From an uncultured beta proteobacterium (lineage in GTDB: Bacteria > Pseudomonadota > Gammaproteobacteria > Burkholderiales > SG8-39): 64,000 bases of DNA. Position numbers and translations under genes: made by a program. Numbering within the stretch: the first letter of the stretch is position 1; every line of letters begins with the position of its first letter. The notes under the pieces were generated by a model. The model worked only from the letters and a program-made list of their open reading frames with translations. It was not told the origin of the DNA and ran no database searches. Positions 44,155-53,399 of this stretch are shown here, one piece after another. Where the stretch lies: assembly GCA_963827595.1 (NCBI GenBank), contig CAWHBT010000004.1:19730-83729 (forward strand). The letters are read 5' to 3'.

Positions 44155-45422
44155 TCATATTCGTCCTCTTCGTCATCATCGGGACGCCGATCGGCATCGC
44201 CCTGGGGGTCGGCGCGCTGGGGGCCGCGATACTTTATCCGGCGCTCAATCCGATCATCATTCCGACGCGCTTCGTCGGGCTGCTCTCGGATTCATTCCTC
44301 CTGCTCTCGGCGCCGCTGTTCATCCTCGCGGGCAATCTCGCTGCGCGCGGCGGCGTGGCGCGCGCCATCATCGATCTGGCCACCGCGCTCGTGGGTCGAT
44401 TCCGCGGCGGCCTGGCGTACGTGAACATCGTCGACAGCATGCTCTTCGGCGGCATCTCGGGCTCGGCGGTGGCGGACGTCTCGGCGCTCGGCACCTTCCT
44501 CATCCCGCAGATGGAGCGCAAGGGCTACGACCGCGACTTCGCCACCGCGCTCACGATCAGCACCGCCATCATGGCGCCCATCATCCCGCCCTCGATCATC
44601 GCGGTCATCTACGCGTGGATGGCGGACGAATCGGTGGCGGCGATTTTCGCGGCCGGCTACCTGCCGGGGCTCCTGGTGGGCATCGGCATGGCGGTGCCGG
44701 TCTTCGTGATCGCCCGCAAGCGCAATTACCCGAAAGAGAAGCCCCCGACGGCGCGCGAGTTCATGGTGGTGCTGCGCGACGCGTTGCCCGCGCTCATGAT
44801 CCCGATCATCATCATGGGCGGTATCCTGTTCGGCCTCTTCACGCCGACGGAAGCGGCGGCCGTGGCGGTGGTCTACGCGCTCATCGTGCCGCCGTTGTTC
44901 TACCGCGAGCCGTCGTGGCGCGAGCTGCCGAAGATCTTCGCCGACTCCGCGCGGCTCTCGGGGGTGATCGGCCTCATCATCGGCCTCGTCGGCGCGTTCG
45001 GCTGGGTGCTCACGTATTCCAAGTTTCCGTTCGTGGTGGCCGAGGCGATCGGCAACGTCGCCCCGACCTGGTGGCTCTTCATGACGCTGGTGATCGTGCT
45101 CTACGTTCTGCTGGGCACGTTTCTCACGCCTTCCGAGATCATTCTCGTCACCGTGCCGGTGCTGTTGCCGGGGGCCATGGCGGTGGGCATCCATCCGATA
45201 CACTTCGGGATGGTGTGCGTGATCGCATCGGCGGTCGGCCACATCACCCCGCCGGTGGGCCTGTGCCTGTTCGTTGGCATGTCGATCAGCGGGCTGCCGA
45301 TGGAAAAACTGATGCGGCCGTTGGTGCCGTTCCTGTGTGCCATCATCGCCGTCCTGTTCGTGGTCGCTTTCGTTCCGGAGATCACGCTCTGGTTGCCCAA
45401 GGCATGGGGCTTGGTGAAGTAG
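44136..45422 (+). CDS. TRAP large permease (DctM)
   Basis: GGISGSAVAD, IIPPSI, TPTEAA, ITPPVG. Confidence 0.94.
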   Translation: MAETLLIIFVLFVIIGTPIGIALGVGALGAAILYPALNPIIIPTRFVGLLSDSFLLLSAPLFILAGNLAARGGVARAIIDLATALVGRFRGGLAYVNIVDSMLFGGISGSAVADVSALGTFLIPQMERKGYDRDFATALTISTAIMAPIIPPSIIAVIYAWMADESVAAIFAAGYLPGLLVGIGMAVPVFVIARKRNYPKEKPPTAREFMVVLRDALPALMIPIIIMGGILFGLFTPTEAAAVAVVYALIVPPLFYREPSWRELPKIFADSARLSGVIGLIIGLVGAFGWVLTYSKFPFVVAEAIGNVAPTWWLFMTLVIVLYVLLGTFLTPSEIILVTVPVLLPGAMAVGIHPIHFGMVCVIASAVGHITPPVGLCLFVGMSISGLPMEKLMRPLVPFLCAIIAVLFVVAFVPEITLWLPKAWGLVK

Positions 45423-45449
45423 ACGCTTGATCCATCCGAAAGCGATCCC

Positions 45450-46430
45450 ATGAGCGCACGTCCTCTCCCCGCCAGAGACAAGCTGACCCTCTGTTTCGCC
45501 CACGTCGCCTATCGCATGGGCGAACGCTTCGCCCTGCGCAACGCCGGCCTCGACTGGTTCGAGGTGCGCAGCCTCGACGCTTTGAAGGCGCGCATCACGG
45601 AGGTGGACGTGCTGCTGTGCTCCGGCCTGTGGCGAAACGAACTGATTCCCGCGGCGCCCAGGCTCGCCTTCATCCAGTCGATCAGCGCCGGCACAGACCA
45701 GTATTCCCGCGACGCGCTGGGCGCGGCCGGCATCCGCGTCGCCAGCGCGCAAGGCGTGAACGAGCGCGCGGTCGCCGAGCATGCGATCGCCTTGATCCTC
45801 GCCATGGCGCGGCAGATTCCGGAGGCGCGCGACAACCAGACCGCGAAGAAGTGGCGCGGCATGATCGGGGACATCTCAAAGCGCGAAGACGAGCTCGGCG
45901 GCAAGACTCTGGTGATCGCCGGCATGGGCCGCATCGGCTCGCGGCTGGCTACGCTCGCGAAGGCCTTCGACATGCGCGTGATCGCCATTCGGCGCGATCC
46001 GTCCAAGGGCGCGGGGGCGGCCGACAAGGTCGTCGGCGAGGATGGCCTGCTCGGCATGTTGCCGCAAGCCGATTTCGTCGCGCTGACCTGCCCGCTCACG
46101 CCCAAGACCGAGAACCTGATCGACGCGAAGGCGTTCGCGGCGATGAAGCCCTCGGCCTACCTCATCAACGTCGCGCGCGGCAAGGTGGTGAACGAGCCGG
46201 CGCTTGTCGAGGCGCTCAACCAGAAGCGCATCGCCGGCGCCGCGCTCGATTGCGTCTGGGAGGAGCCGCTGCCCGCCACGTCGGGGCTGTGGGGCGTGCC
46301 CAACGTGCTGATCACGCCGCACACCGCCGGCGAGACGCGCCGCTACGAGGACAACGTCATCGACCTCTTACTGGAAAACCTCGAATGCCTGTGGCGCGGC
46401 GAAGCGGTGTTGAAGAACCAGTTCGTCTGA
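45450..46430 (+). CDS. D-isomer-specific 2-hydroxyacid dehydrogenase
   Basis: GMGRIG, INVARG, ALDC..EPL, ITPHTAG. Confidence 0.93.
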   Translation: MSARPLPARDKLTLCFAHVAYRMGERFALRNAGLDWFEVRSLDALKARITEVDVLLCSGLWRNELIPAAPRLAFIQSISAGTDQYSRDALGAAGIRVASAQGVNERAVAEHAIALILAMARQIPEARDNQTAKKWRGMIGDISKREDELGGKTLVIAGMGRIGSRLATLAKAFDMRVIAIRRDPSKGAGAADKVVGEDGLLGMLPQADFVALTCPLTPKTENLIDAKAFAAMKPSAYLINVARGKVVNEPALVEALNQKRIAGAALDCVWEEPLPATSGLWGVPNVLITPHTAGETRRYEDNVIDLLLENLECLWRGEAVLKNQFV

Positions 46431-46446
46431 CGCCCGGGGCGTAGAC

Positions 46447-46458
46447 CCCCCGCCTCCA
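46447..46458 (+). repeat. Copy of the tRNA-Cys 3' end (att-like)
   Basis: CCCCCGCCTCCA identical to 41559-41570. Confidence 0.6.
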
Positions 46459-46527
46459 GCCGGTTCCCGAGGACCTCCTTTGCGCTGACCCCGCCGTCGC
46501 GTGTAGTCTCGAGCGCGACTCGCCTGC

Positions 46528-46613
46528 GCCCGGGTGGCGAAACTGGTAGACGCAAGGGACTTAAAATCCCTCGGCTTTCAGCCGTGCAGGTTCAAATCCT
46601 GCCCCGGGCACCA
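46528..46613 (+). tRNA. tRNA-Leu (TAA)
   Basis: GCCCGGGTGGCGAAACTGGTAGACGC..AGGGA-CTTAAAA-TCCCT, long variable arm, ..CCCGGGCACCA. Confidence 0.96.
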
Positions 46614-46776
46614 TTTTAAGAGTCCGCGCACAGCCATGCCCCGGTACCTGAGTTCACGGTGCGCTACGAGATCGTCGGCTAGCGGCTCGCGGCCGCAGCG
46701 GCCGGACGGCCTTGCTTCAATCCGGCGGGTACGTCCAGCGCTGGTAAACTGAGAACCCCTCAAAGGATCAAGTACC

Positions 46777-47022
46777 TTGATAGCCACCCTGCAGTGCCTC
46801 AAGAAATACGGTGAGCGACTCGATTCGGAGATCGCCAAAGAGATGGGCGTGCCGCTTGCGACGGTGCGCGAGCGCCTGGTGCGTCTGGCAGCCGCGGGAG
46901 AGATCATCACCTGCAACCTGACCCGCTTCGAGGGCGGCAACCCGGTCCAAGCGTTGCAGTGTCGCGTGACGGGCTATGTCCCCCCTAAAGCGCCCGGTCG
47001 AAAACCGGCGCTGACGACGTAG
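46777..47022 (+). CDS. Small winged-HTH putative regulator
   Basis: LDSEIAKEMGVPLATVRERLVRL HTH pattern; C-terminal CRVTGYVPPKAPGRK. Confidence 0.7.
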   Translation: MIATLQCLKKYGERLDSEIAKEMGVPLATVRERLVRLAAAGEIITCNLTRFEGGNPVQALQCRVTGYVPPKAPGRKPALTT

Positions 47023-47036
47023 CCGCCGCCCGTACG

Positions 47037-47053
47037 TCCTGCCCCGGGCACCA
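47037..47053 (+). repeat. Copy of the tRNA-Leu 3' end (att-like)
   Basis: TCCTGCCCCGGGCACCA identical to 46597-46613 (17 bp). Confidence 0.85.
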
Positions 47054-47376
47054 GCGCCTCTCGGCGCCGTAGGTGCTACTTCCATCACGCTTCCCGGGCA
47101 CGTCCTCGGACCTGCCACAGCGACGCTGCTGCGAGCTTCGCCGCCAGCGTGCAGTCCTTCTCAAAGATCCCTCGATAACCCCCGAATCTGGCTGTAAAAA
47201 ATCGACGCCAGCCGGTAGGATTTTGGGTTGATCGCAGGCGCCACTGACCGGGCGCGAACCGATGCGACGCGGACCACCCGGAGGAGCGCAATCGATGGCC
47301 ACCCTGACGAAGCTCGTCGGCGAGCACGAGCGCTGCCACGGGCAGTTGAAGTAACCAGCACCCCCGCACACCGTTC

Positions 47377-49266
47377 ATGGCCGCCGCGTTCAATTCCACC
47401 GGCCCCGGCGCGATCGCCGGCGGCCCGACCACGGCGACGGCGACCCAGCAAGAATCCGCGCTCTGGGCGGTCCTCGCGAGCGCGAACGACGCGCGCGAGT
47501 ACTGCCAGAGCTGGCTCGCGATCCAGTCGCGCCTGATCGCGGGGGTCGTCGGCGGCGTCGTCCTCCTGCGGCCCGAGGGCACGGAGAGCTACAGCGCAGT
47601 CGCCGTCTGGCCCGACGTCCGCCGCGACATGGGCTATCTCACTCCCACGGCGCAGAAGGCCCTCGTCGAGCGGCGGGGCGTGGTGACGCCGAACAAGGCC
47701 GGTGCCGACGCGGCGCCGACGAGCGTCCACATCGGCTACCCGGTCGAGGCCGTCGGCCATCTCTACGGCGTCGTCGTGCTCGACGTGTCGCTGCGTCCGG
47801 AGGCCGAGCTGCAGGCCGCGCTTCGCCAGCTGCACTGGGGCGCGGCGGGCCTCGAGCTGATGTTCTGCCAGCAGGAAGTCGCGCGGGTCGGCGAGACGCG
47901 CGACAAGCTGCAGACGGTGCTCGAGGTCGTCGCCTCGGCCGCCGCGCACGACCGCTTCGTCGCCGCGGCGACCGCGCTCGCCACCGATCTCGCCACCCGC
48001 CTCGCGTGCGACCGCGTGAGCCTCGGCTTCGAGCGCGGCGGGCAGATCAAGATCGACGCCGTCTCGCACAGCGCGCAGTTCAAGGAGCGGACCAACCTGA
48101 TGCGCGCGGTCGCGGCGGCGATGGACGAGGCGGTCGACCAGAACTCGACGGTCGCCGTGCCGCCGCCGATCGGCAGCGCGCCCCTCGTGCGCCGGGCGCA
48201 CGATGCGCTGCTGGACGAGCAGGGGTCCGGCGCGTGCTGCACGGTCGTCCTCACCGCGCTTGGCAAGCCCGCCGGGGCGATCACGCTCGAGCGCACCGCG
48301 AAGCGCCCGTTCGACGCCGCGATGATCGAGCTGTGCGAGGCGGTCGCCGGGCTCGCCGGCCCGATGCTCGAGGTCCATCGCCGCGAGGATCGCTGGTTCG
48401 GCGCGCGGCTGGCCGATTGGTGGCGGGAGAAGCTTCGCCATCTCTTCGGCCCGCGCCATCCCGGGCTCAAGCTCGCCGCGATCGTGGTTGCGACGGCCCT
48501 GGCGTTCCTGATCGTGGCGCGCGGCGACTTCCGGGTCTCCGCCGGGTCGGTGCTCGAGCCCCAGCTGCAGCTCGCGGCGACGGCCCCGTTCAACGGCTAC
48601 ATCCGGGAAGCGCCGGTCCGCGCCGGGGATCTGGTGAAGCAGGGCGCGCTCCTCGCCCGGCTCGACGACCGGGACCTCAAGCTCGAGCGGCTGAAAGGGA
48701 TGAGCCAGCAGGAAGAATTGAACAAGCAGGTCCGCCAGGCGTTCGCGGAACGCAACCTCGCGCAAGTCCAGATCGTCACGGCGCAGCTCGAAGCCGCCCG
48801 TGCCCAGGTCGCCCGCGTCGAGGAGCAGCTGCAGCGTACGACGGTGAGCGCCCCGTTCGACGGCGTGGTGGTCTCCGGGGACCTCAGCCAGCAGCTCGGC
48901 GCGCCCGTCGAGCGCGGGACGGTGCTCTTCGAGGTGGCGCCGCTCAGCCAGTTCCGCCTCGTTCTCAAGGTCGACGAGCGCGACGTCGCGTACGTGGAGA
49001 CGGGCCAGCGCGGGACGCTGCTGCTGTCCGCCTTCTCGGACGATCCGATCGGATTCGAGGTCACGAAGATCACGCCGGTGTCCACGCCGCGGGAAGGCAA
49101 GAACTTCTTCCGCGTCGAGGCGCAGCTCGACCGCACCGACCCGCGGATGCGACCGAACATGGAAGGCGTCGGCAAGGTGGAGATCGCCCGCCGCTCGTAC
49201 CTCTGGATCTGGACGCGTCAGGTGGTCGACTCGCTGCGGCTGCTCGCCTGGTCCTGGCTGCCGTAG
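47377..49266 (+). CDS. GAF-like domain + HlyD/membrane fusion protein
   Basis: CDRVSLG..AMDEAVDQ GAF-like region, TM segment, APFNGYI..GDLVKQG lipoyl half-motif, APFDGVV, RPNMEGVGKV. Confidence 0.85.
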   Translation: MAAAFNSTGPGAIAGGPTTATATQQESALWAVLASANDAREYCQSWLAIQSRLIAGVVGGVVLLRPEGTESYSAVAVWPDVRRDMGYLTPTAQKALVERRGVVTPNKAGADAAPTSVHIGYPVEAVGHLYGVVVLDVSLRPEAELQAALRQLHWGAAGLELMFCQQEVARVGETRDKLQTVLEVVASAAAHDRFVAAATALATDLATRLACDRVSLGFERGGQIKIDAVSHSAQFKERTNLMRAVAAAMDEAVDQNSTVAVPPPIGSAPLVRRAHDALLDEQGSGACCTVVLTALGKPAGAITLERTAKRPFDAAMIELCEAVAGLAGPMLEVHRREDRWFGARLADWWREKLRHLFGPRHPGLKLAAIVVATALAFLIVARGDFRVSAGSVLEPQLQLAATAPFNGYIREAPVRAGDLVKQGALLARLDDRDLKLERLKGMSQQEELNKQVRQAFAERNLAQVQIVTAQLEAARAQVARVEEQLQRTTVSAPFDGVVVSGDLSQQLGAPVERGTVLFEVAPLSQFRLVLKVDERDVAYVETGQRGTLLLSAFSDDPIGFEVTKITPVSTPREGKNFFRVEAQLDRTDPRMRPNMEGVGKVEIARRSYLWIWTRQVVDSLRLLAWSWLP

Positions 49267-49270
49267 CAAA

Positions 49271-51415
49271 GTGTCCCAGCAGCTCTTCAGCCCGAACTGG
49301 TACCGGGTCGCACGGCTCACGCCGAGGCTGCGGCCGCACGCTCAGATCCACCGCCATCAGTACCGGGGCGAGACCTGGTACGTGCTCCAGGATCTCGCCT
49401 CGGAGCGATTCCACCGCTTCTCGCCCGCCGCCTACTTCGTGATCGGCCTGATGGACGGCAAGAACACCGTCCAGCAGATCTGGGATCAGGCGCTCGCCCA
49501 GTTGGGTGATGACGCGGTGACCCAGGACGAGGTCATCCAGCTCCTTGGCCAGCTGCACGGCGCCGACGTCCTGCAATGCGACGTGCCGCCCGATACCGCC
49601 GAGCTGTTCCGGCGCCGGGAGCGCCAGGAGCGGCAGGCGTTGATGAAGCGCGTGCTGAGCGTGTTCGCGTGGCAGATCCCGCTGCTCGACCCGGATCGCC
49701 TGCTCGACCGGCTGCTGCCGGCGGCGCGTCCCTTCTTCGGCTGGTTCGGCTTCGTGCTGTGGTGCACGGTCGTCGGCGCGGGCGCGTTCGCTGCCGCCGC
49801 CCACTGGCGCGCGCTCACCGAGGACGTGCTCGACCGGGTGCTGTTGCCCGAGAACCTGCTGATGATCTGGCTCGTCTTCCCGCTGCTCAAGCTCCTGCAC
49901 GAGCTCGGCCACGCGCTGGCGGTGAAAACGCGCGGCGGCGAGGTGCACGAGATGGGAGTGATGATCCTCGTGCTCACGCCGGTGCCCTACGTCGACGCGT
50001 CGTCGGCGTGGGCGTTCCGGAGCAAGTGGCAGCGATTCGTGGTCGGCGGGGCGGGGATGATGGTCGAGCTCTTCATCGCCTCGATCGCGCTGTTCCTGTG
50101 GCTGTCGGTCGAACCGGGACTGTTCCGGGCGCTGCTCTACAACGTCATGCTGATCGCCGGGGTCTCGACGGTGCTGTTCAACGCCAACCCGCTCCTGCGG
50201 TTCGACGGCTACTACATGCTGATGGACTGGCTGGAGATCCCGAATCTCCGCACCCGCGGCAACCAGTATCTGATCTACCTCTGCGAGAAGTACCTGTTCA
50301 AGCGGGCCGAGGCGGAGCCGCCGCTCGCGACCGCCGGCGAGCGCGCCTGGTTCGTCGCCTACACCATCGGCTCGTTCCTCTACCGGATCGTCGTCATCGT
50401 CGCGATCCTGGTGTTCCTGGGCGAACAGTCGCTGCTGCTGGGGATCGTGTTCGCCGGCTTCACCGCGTTCTCGTGGCTGGTGATGCCGGCGGCCAAGATC
50501 GTCAACTACATCCTCAACGACCCCAGGCTGCGCCGGGTGCGGGGCCGGGCGATGGCGGCGAGCACACTGGTCGCGGTGGCGGTCGTCGGCCTCCTGTTCG
50601 CGGTGCCGCTGCCGTTGCGGACCACCGCGGAAGGCGTGGTCTGGCTGCCCGACGAGAGCTTCGCACGCGCCGGCTCGGAGGGGTTCGTCGACCGCGTCGT
50701 CGCCAAGCCCGGCGACTGGGTGAAGCCCGGCGACTCCCTGATCGAAACCCGCGACGTCGAGCTCGCCACCGAGCTCAAGGTCCTCGAGGCGCGGGTGCTG
50801 GAACTGGACGCCCGCCATCGTGCGCACAGCGTCGGCGACCGGGTGAAGGCCGAAATGGTCGAGGAAGAGCGGCGGTTCGCGCTGCAGAACCTCGAGCGGG
50901 CGCGCGAACGCGCGGGCGAGCTCACGATCAAGGCCAGGATGGAAGGCGAGTTCGTCATGCCCCGCGCGCCGGACATGCCGGGACGCTTCGTCAAGAAGGG
51001 CGAGCTGCTCGCGCACGTCGTCAACGTCGACGCGATCATCGTGCGCGCGATCGTGTCGCAGCAGGACATCGATCTCGTCCGCAACTCGACCCGGCGCGTG
51101 GACGTGCGGCTGGTGGAGCACATCGACGCTCCGGTCAGGGGTTCGCTCAAGCGGCTCGTGCCCTCGGCAACCGACCAGCTTCCGAGCGCGGCCCTCGGTA
51201 CGCAGGGCGGCGGGCACGCCGCCGTGGACCCGAGCGACCGCGACGGCCGCAAGACGCTGCAGAAGTACTTCCAGGTGGACGTCGAGCTGCCGCTCGACCG
51301 CAAGCTGCACGTGGGCGGCCGCGCGTACGTGCGCTTCGACCACGGCTGGGAGCCGCTCGGCTTCCAGTGGTACCGGCGGGCGCGCCAGCTCTTCCTGTCC
51401 CGGTTCAATGTCTGA
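49271..51415 (+). CDS. PqqD-like + M50 (site-2) metallopeptidase + MFP fusion
   Basis: HELGH (HExxH), GAGMMVE, NANPLLRFDGY, several TMs; C-terminal lipoyl/coiled-coil MFP region. Confidence 0.85.
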   Translation: MSQQLFSPNWYRVARLTPRLRPHAQIHRHQYRGETWYVLQDLASERFHRFSPAAYFVIGLMDGKNTVQQIWDQALAQLGDDAVTQDEVIQLLGQLHGADVLQCDVPPDTAELFRRRERQERQALMKRVLSVFAWQIPLLDPDRLLDRLLPAARPFFGWFGFVLWCTVVGAGAFAAAAHWRALTEDVLDRVLLPENLLMIWLVFPLLKLLHELGHALAVKTRGGEVHEMGVMILVLTPVPYVDASSAWAFRSKWQRFVVGGAGMMVELFIASIALFLWLSVEPGLFRALLYNVMLIAGVSTVLFNANPLLRFDGYYMLMDWLEIPNLRTRGNQYLIYLCEKYLFKRAEAEPPLATAGERAWFVAYTIGSFLYRIVVIVAILVFLGEQSLLLGIVFAGFTAFSWLVMPAAKIVNYILNDPRLRRVRGRAMAASTLVAVAVVGLLFAVPLPLRTTAEGVVWLPDESFARAGSEGFVDRVVAKPGDWVKPGDSLIETRDVELATELKVLEARVLELDARHRAHSVGDRVKAEMVEEERRFALQNLERARERAGELTIKARMEGEFVMPRAPDMPGRFVKKGELLAHVVNVDAIIVRAIVSQQDIDLVRNSTRRVDVRLVEHIDAPVRGSLKRLVPSATDQLPSAALGTQGGGHAAVDPSDRDGRKTLQKYFQVDVELPLDRKLHVGGRAYVRFDHGWEPLGFQWYRRARQLFLSRFNV

Positions 51416-53393
51416 GCTCGCCCTTCCGGCGCTGGCGCCGACGGCAGCCTATCCGGAGCAGGCCCTCGAGCGTCCGGGCCTGCTCGACCGGATCGCCGAC
51501 CGGATCGCCGGGCCGGTGGCGCGTCGCCTCCACGCCCGGCGCGTCCTCGCCACCGGAATCGTCGCGGCCGTCCATCGCTACGCGAAGGAGGCCGAAAAGC
51601 TCAACGACGCCGGCATCAAGCGCGCCGCGGCGGAGCTGCGCCTCGCGCTCCGTCGCGATGGCTTCGCCGAGCCGGTCGTGGCGCAGAGCTTCGCGCTCGT
51701 GCGCGAGGTGGCGGGGCGGACGCTCGGGATGCGGCACTTCGATTCGCAGCTCCACGGCGGCTGGATCCTGCTGAACGGCATGGTCGCGGAGATGGAGACG
51801 GGGGAGGGCAAGACCCTGACCGCGACGCTCCCGGCGTGCACCGCCGCGCTCGCCGGCCTGCCGGTCCACGTGATCACCGTCAACGACTACCTCACCGCCC
51901 GCGACGCCGAGCTGATGGGGCCGGTCTACCGGATGCTGGGGCTGTCGGTCGGGGTGGTGGTGAACGGGAAGGAACCCGCCGCGCGGCGCGCGGCGTACGC
52001 CTGCGACATCACCTACTGCACCAACAAGGAACTCACGTTCGACTATCTTCGCGACCGGACTGCGGTCGGCGCGCAGGTGAACCGCATCCAGCTCTCGATC
52101 GAGCGGCTCGCCGGTGGCGAGAATCGCGCGAGCCGGCTGGTCCTGAGAGGGCTGTTCTTCGCCATCGTCGACGAGGCGGACAGCGTGCTCTGCGACGAAG
52201 CGCGCACGCCGCTGATTCTCTCCGCCCGGTCGGAGCAGGCGCCGGAGCGGTCGATGTACGAGACGGCGCTGACCGTGGCCGCCCGGCTCAAGCCGACCGA
52301 GGACTTCGTGGTCGAGGGGGGCGAGCGGCAGGTCCGGCTCACCGCGGAGGCGAAGCAGAAGCTGGCGGGGTGGGCCGAGGCCCTGCCGGCCGCGTTCCGC
52401 GGGACGCGCCGGCGGGAGGAACTGGTCAAGCAGGCGCTCGTCGCGATGCACGTCTTCAAGTGCGACACGCACTATCTGGTCCGCGACGACAAGGTCCAGA
52501 TCATCGACGAGTACACCGGGCGGATCCTGCCCGACCGTTCGTGGGAGCAGGGCCTGCACCAGATGGTCGAGGCCAAGGAAGGCTGCCCGCTGACCGGCCA
52601 GCAGACCTCGATCGCGCGGATGACCTATCAGCGGTTCTTCCGCCGCTATCTCCGGCTCGCCGGCATGACCGGCACCGCCCAGGAGATCGCCCCGGAGCTC
52701 TGGTCCACCTACCGCTTGCCGGTCGTGAAGGTCCCGACGAACCGTCCGATCCAGCGGCGCGACCTCGGAGAACGCGTGTATCTGACGCCCGATGCGAAGT
52801 GGCGCGCCACCGTGGAGCGGGTGCGGGAGCTGATCGCGGCGCGACGGCCCGTGCTGGTGGGAACCCGGTCGGTCGGCGCGTCGGAGGAACTCAGCCGGCT
52901 CCTCACCGAGGCCGGGGTCGAGCATCAGCTTCTCAACGCCCGCCAGGACAAGCAGGAGGCGGACATCGTTGCTCAGGCGGGACAGCAGGGACGGGTCACG
53001 GTCGCGACGAACATGGCGGGTCGCGGGACCGACATCCGTCTCGGGAAGGGCGTCGAGCCGCTGGGCGGGCTCCACGTCATCGCCACGGAGTTGCACGAGT
53101 CGCGCCGGATCGACCGGCAGCTCTTCGGCCGCTGCGGCCGGCAGGGGGATGCCGGGAGCTTCGAGGCGATCATCTCGGTCGAGGACGAACTGAGCCGCGT
53201 CTACCTCGGCGGCCTGCTGCGGGGGCTCGCGCGGCGGTTGGCGCTAGGCGGCGCCCCGCAGGCGCATCTGCGCCGGCTCATCCGGATCGCTCAGGCGCGC
53301 GCCGAGCGCAGCCACGCCGCGATCCGCCGCGATCTGCTCAAGCTGGACGAGCAGCTCGGCGACCTGCTGGCGTTCTCGGGAAGAGGGGAGTAG
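51408..53393 (+). CDS. Truncated SecA paralog (SecA_DEAD ATPase, 661 aa)
   Basis: EMETGEGKT, TVNDYL, DEADS..DEARTPLI, GMTGTA, TNMAGRGTDI, HESRRIDRQLFGRCGRQGD; ends soon after, without the canonical SecA C-terminus. Confidence 0.92.
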   Translation: MSELALPALAPTAAYPEQALERPGLLDRIADRIAGPVARRLHARRVLATGIVAAVHRYAKEAEKLNDAGIKRAAAELRLALRRDGFAEPVVAQSFALVREVAGRTLGMRHFDSQLHGGWILLNGMVAEMETGEGKTLTATLPACTAALAGLPVHVITVNDYLTARDAELMGPVYRMLGLSVGVVVNGKEPAARRAAYACDITYCTNKELTFDYLRDRTAVGAQVNRIQLSIERLAGGENRASRLVLRGLFFAIVDEADSVLCDEARTPLILSARSEQAPERSMYETALTVAARLKPTEDFVVEGGERQVRLTAEAKQKLAGWAEALPAAFRGTRRREELVKQALVAMHVFKCDTHYLVRDDKVQIIDEYTGRILPDRSWEQGLHQMVEAKEGCPLTGQQTSIARMTYQRFFRRYLRLAGMTGTAQEIAPELWSTYRLPVVKVPTNRPIQRRDLGERVYLTPDAKWRATVERVRELIAARRPVLVGTRSVGASEELSRLLTEAGVEHQLLNARQDKQEADIVAQAGQQGRVTVATNMAGRGTDIRLGKGVEPLGGLHVIATELHESRRIDRQLFGRCGRQGDAGSFEAIISVEDELSRVYLGGLLRGLARRLALGGAPQAHLRRLIRIAQARAERSHAAIRRDLLKLDEQLGDLLAFSGRGE

Positions 53394-53399
53394 CGAGCG

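Noticed and set aside
51408-53393. Calling this gene the housekeeping secA
   Set aside because: About 250 aa shorter than typical SecA, lacks its C-terminal domains and sits in an MFP/M50 operon
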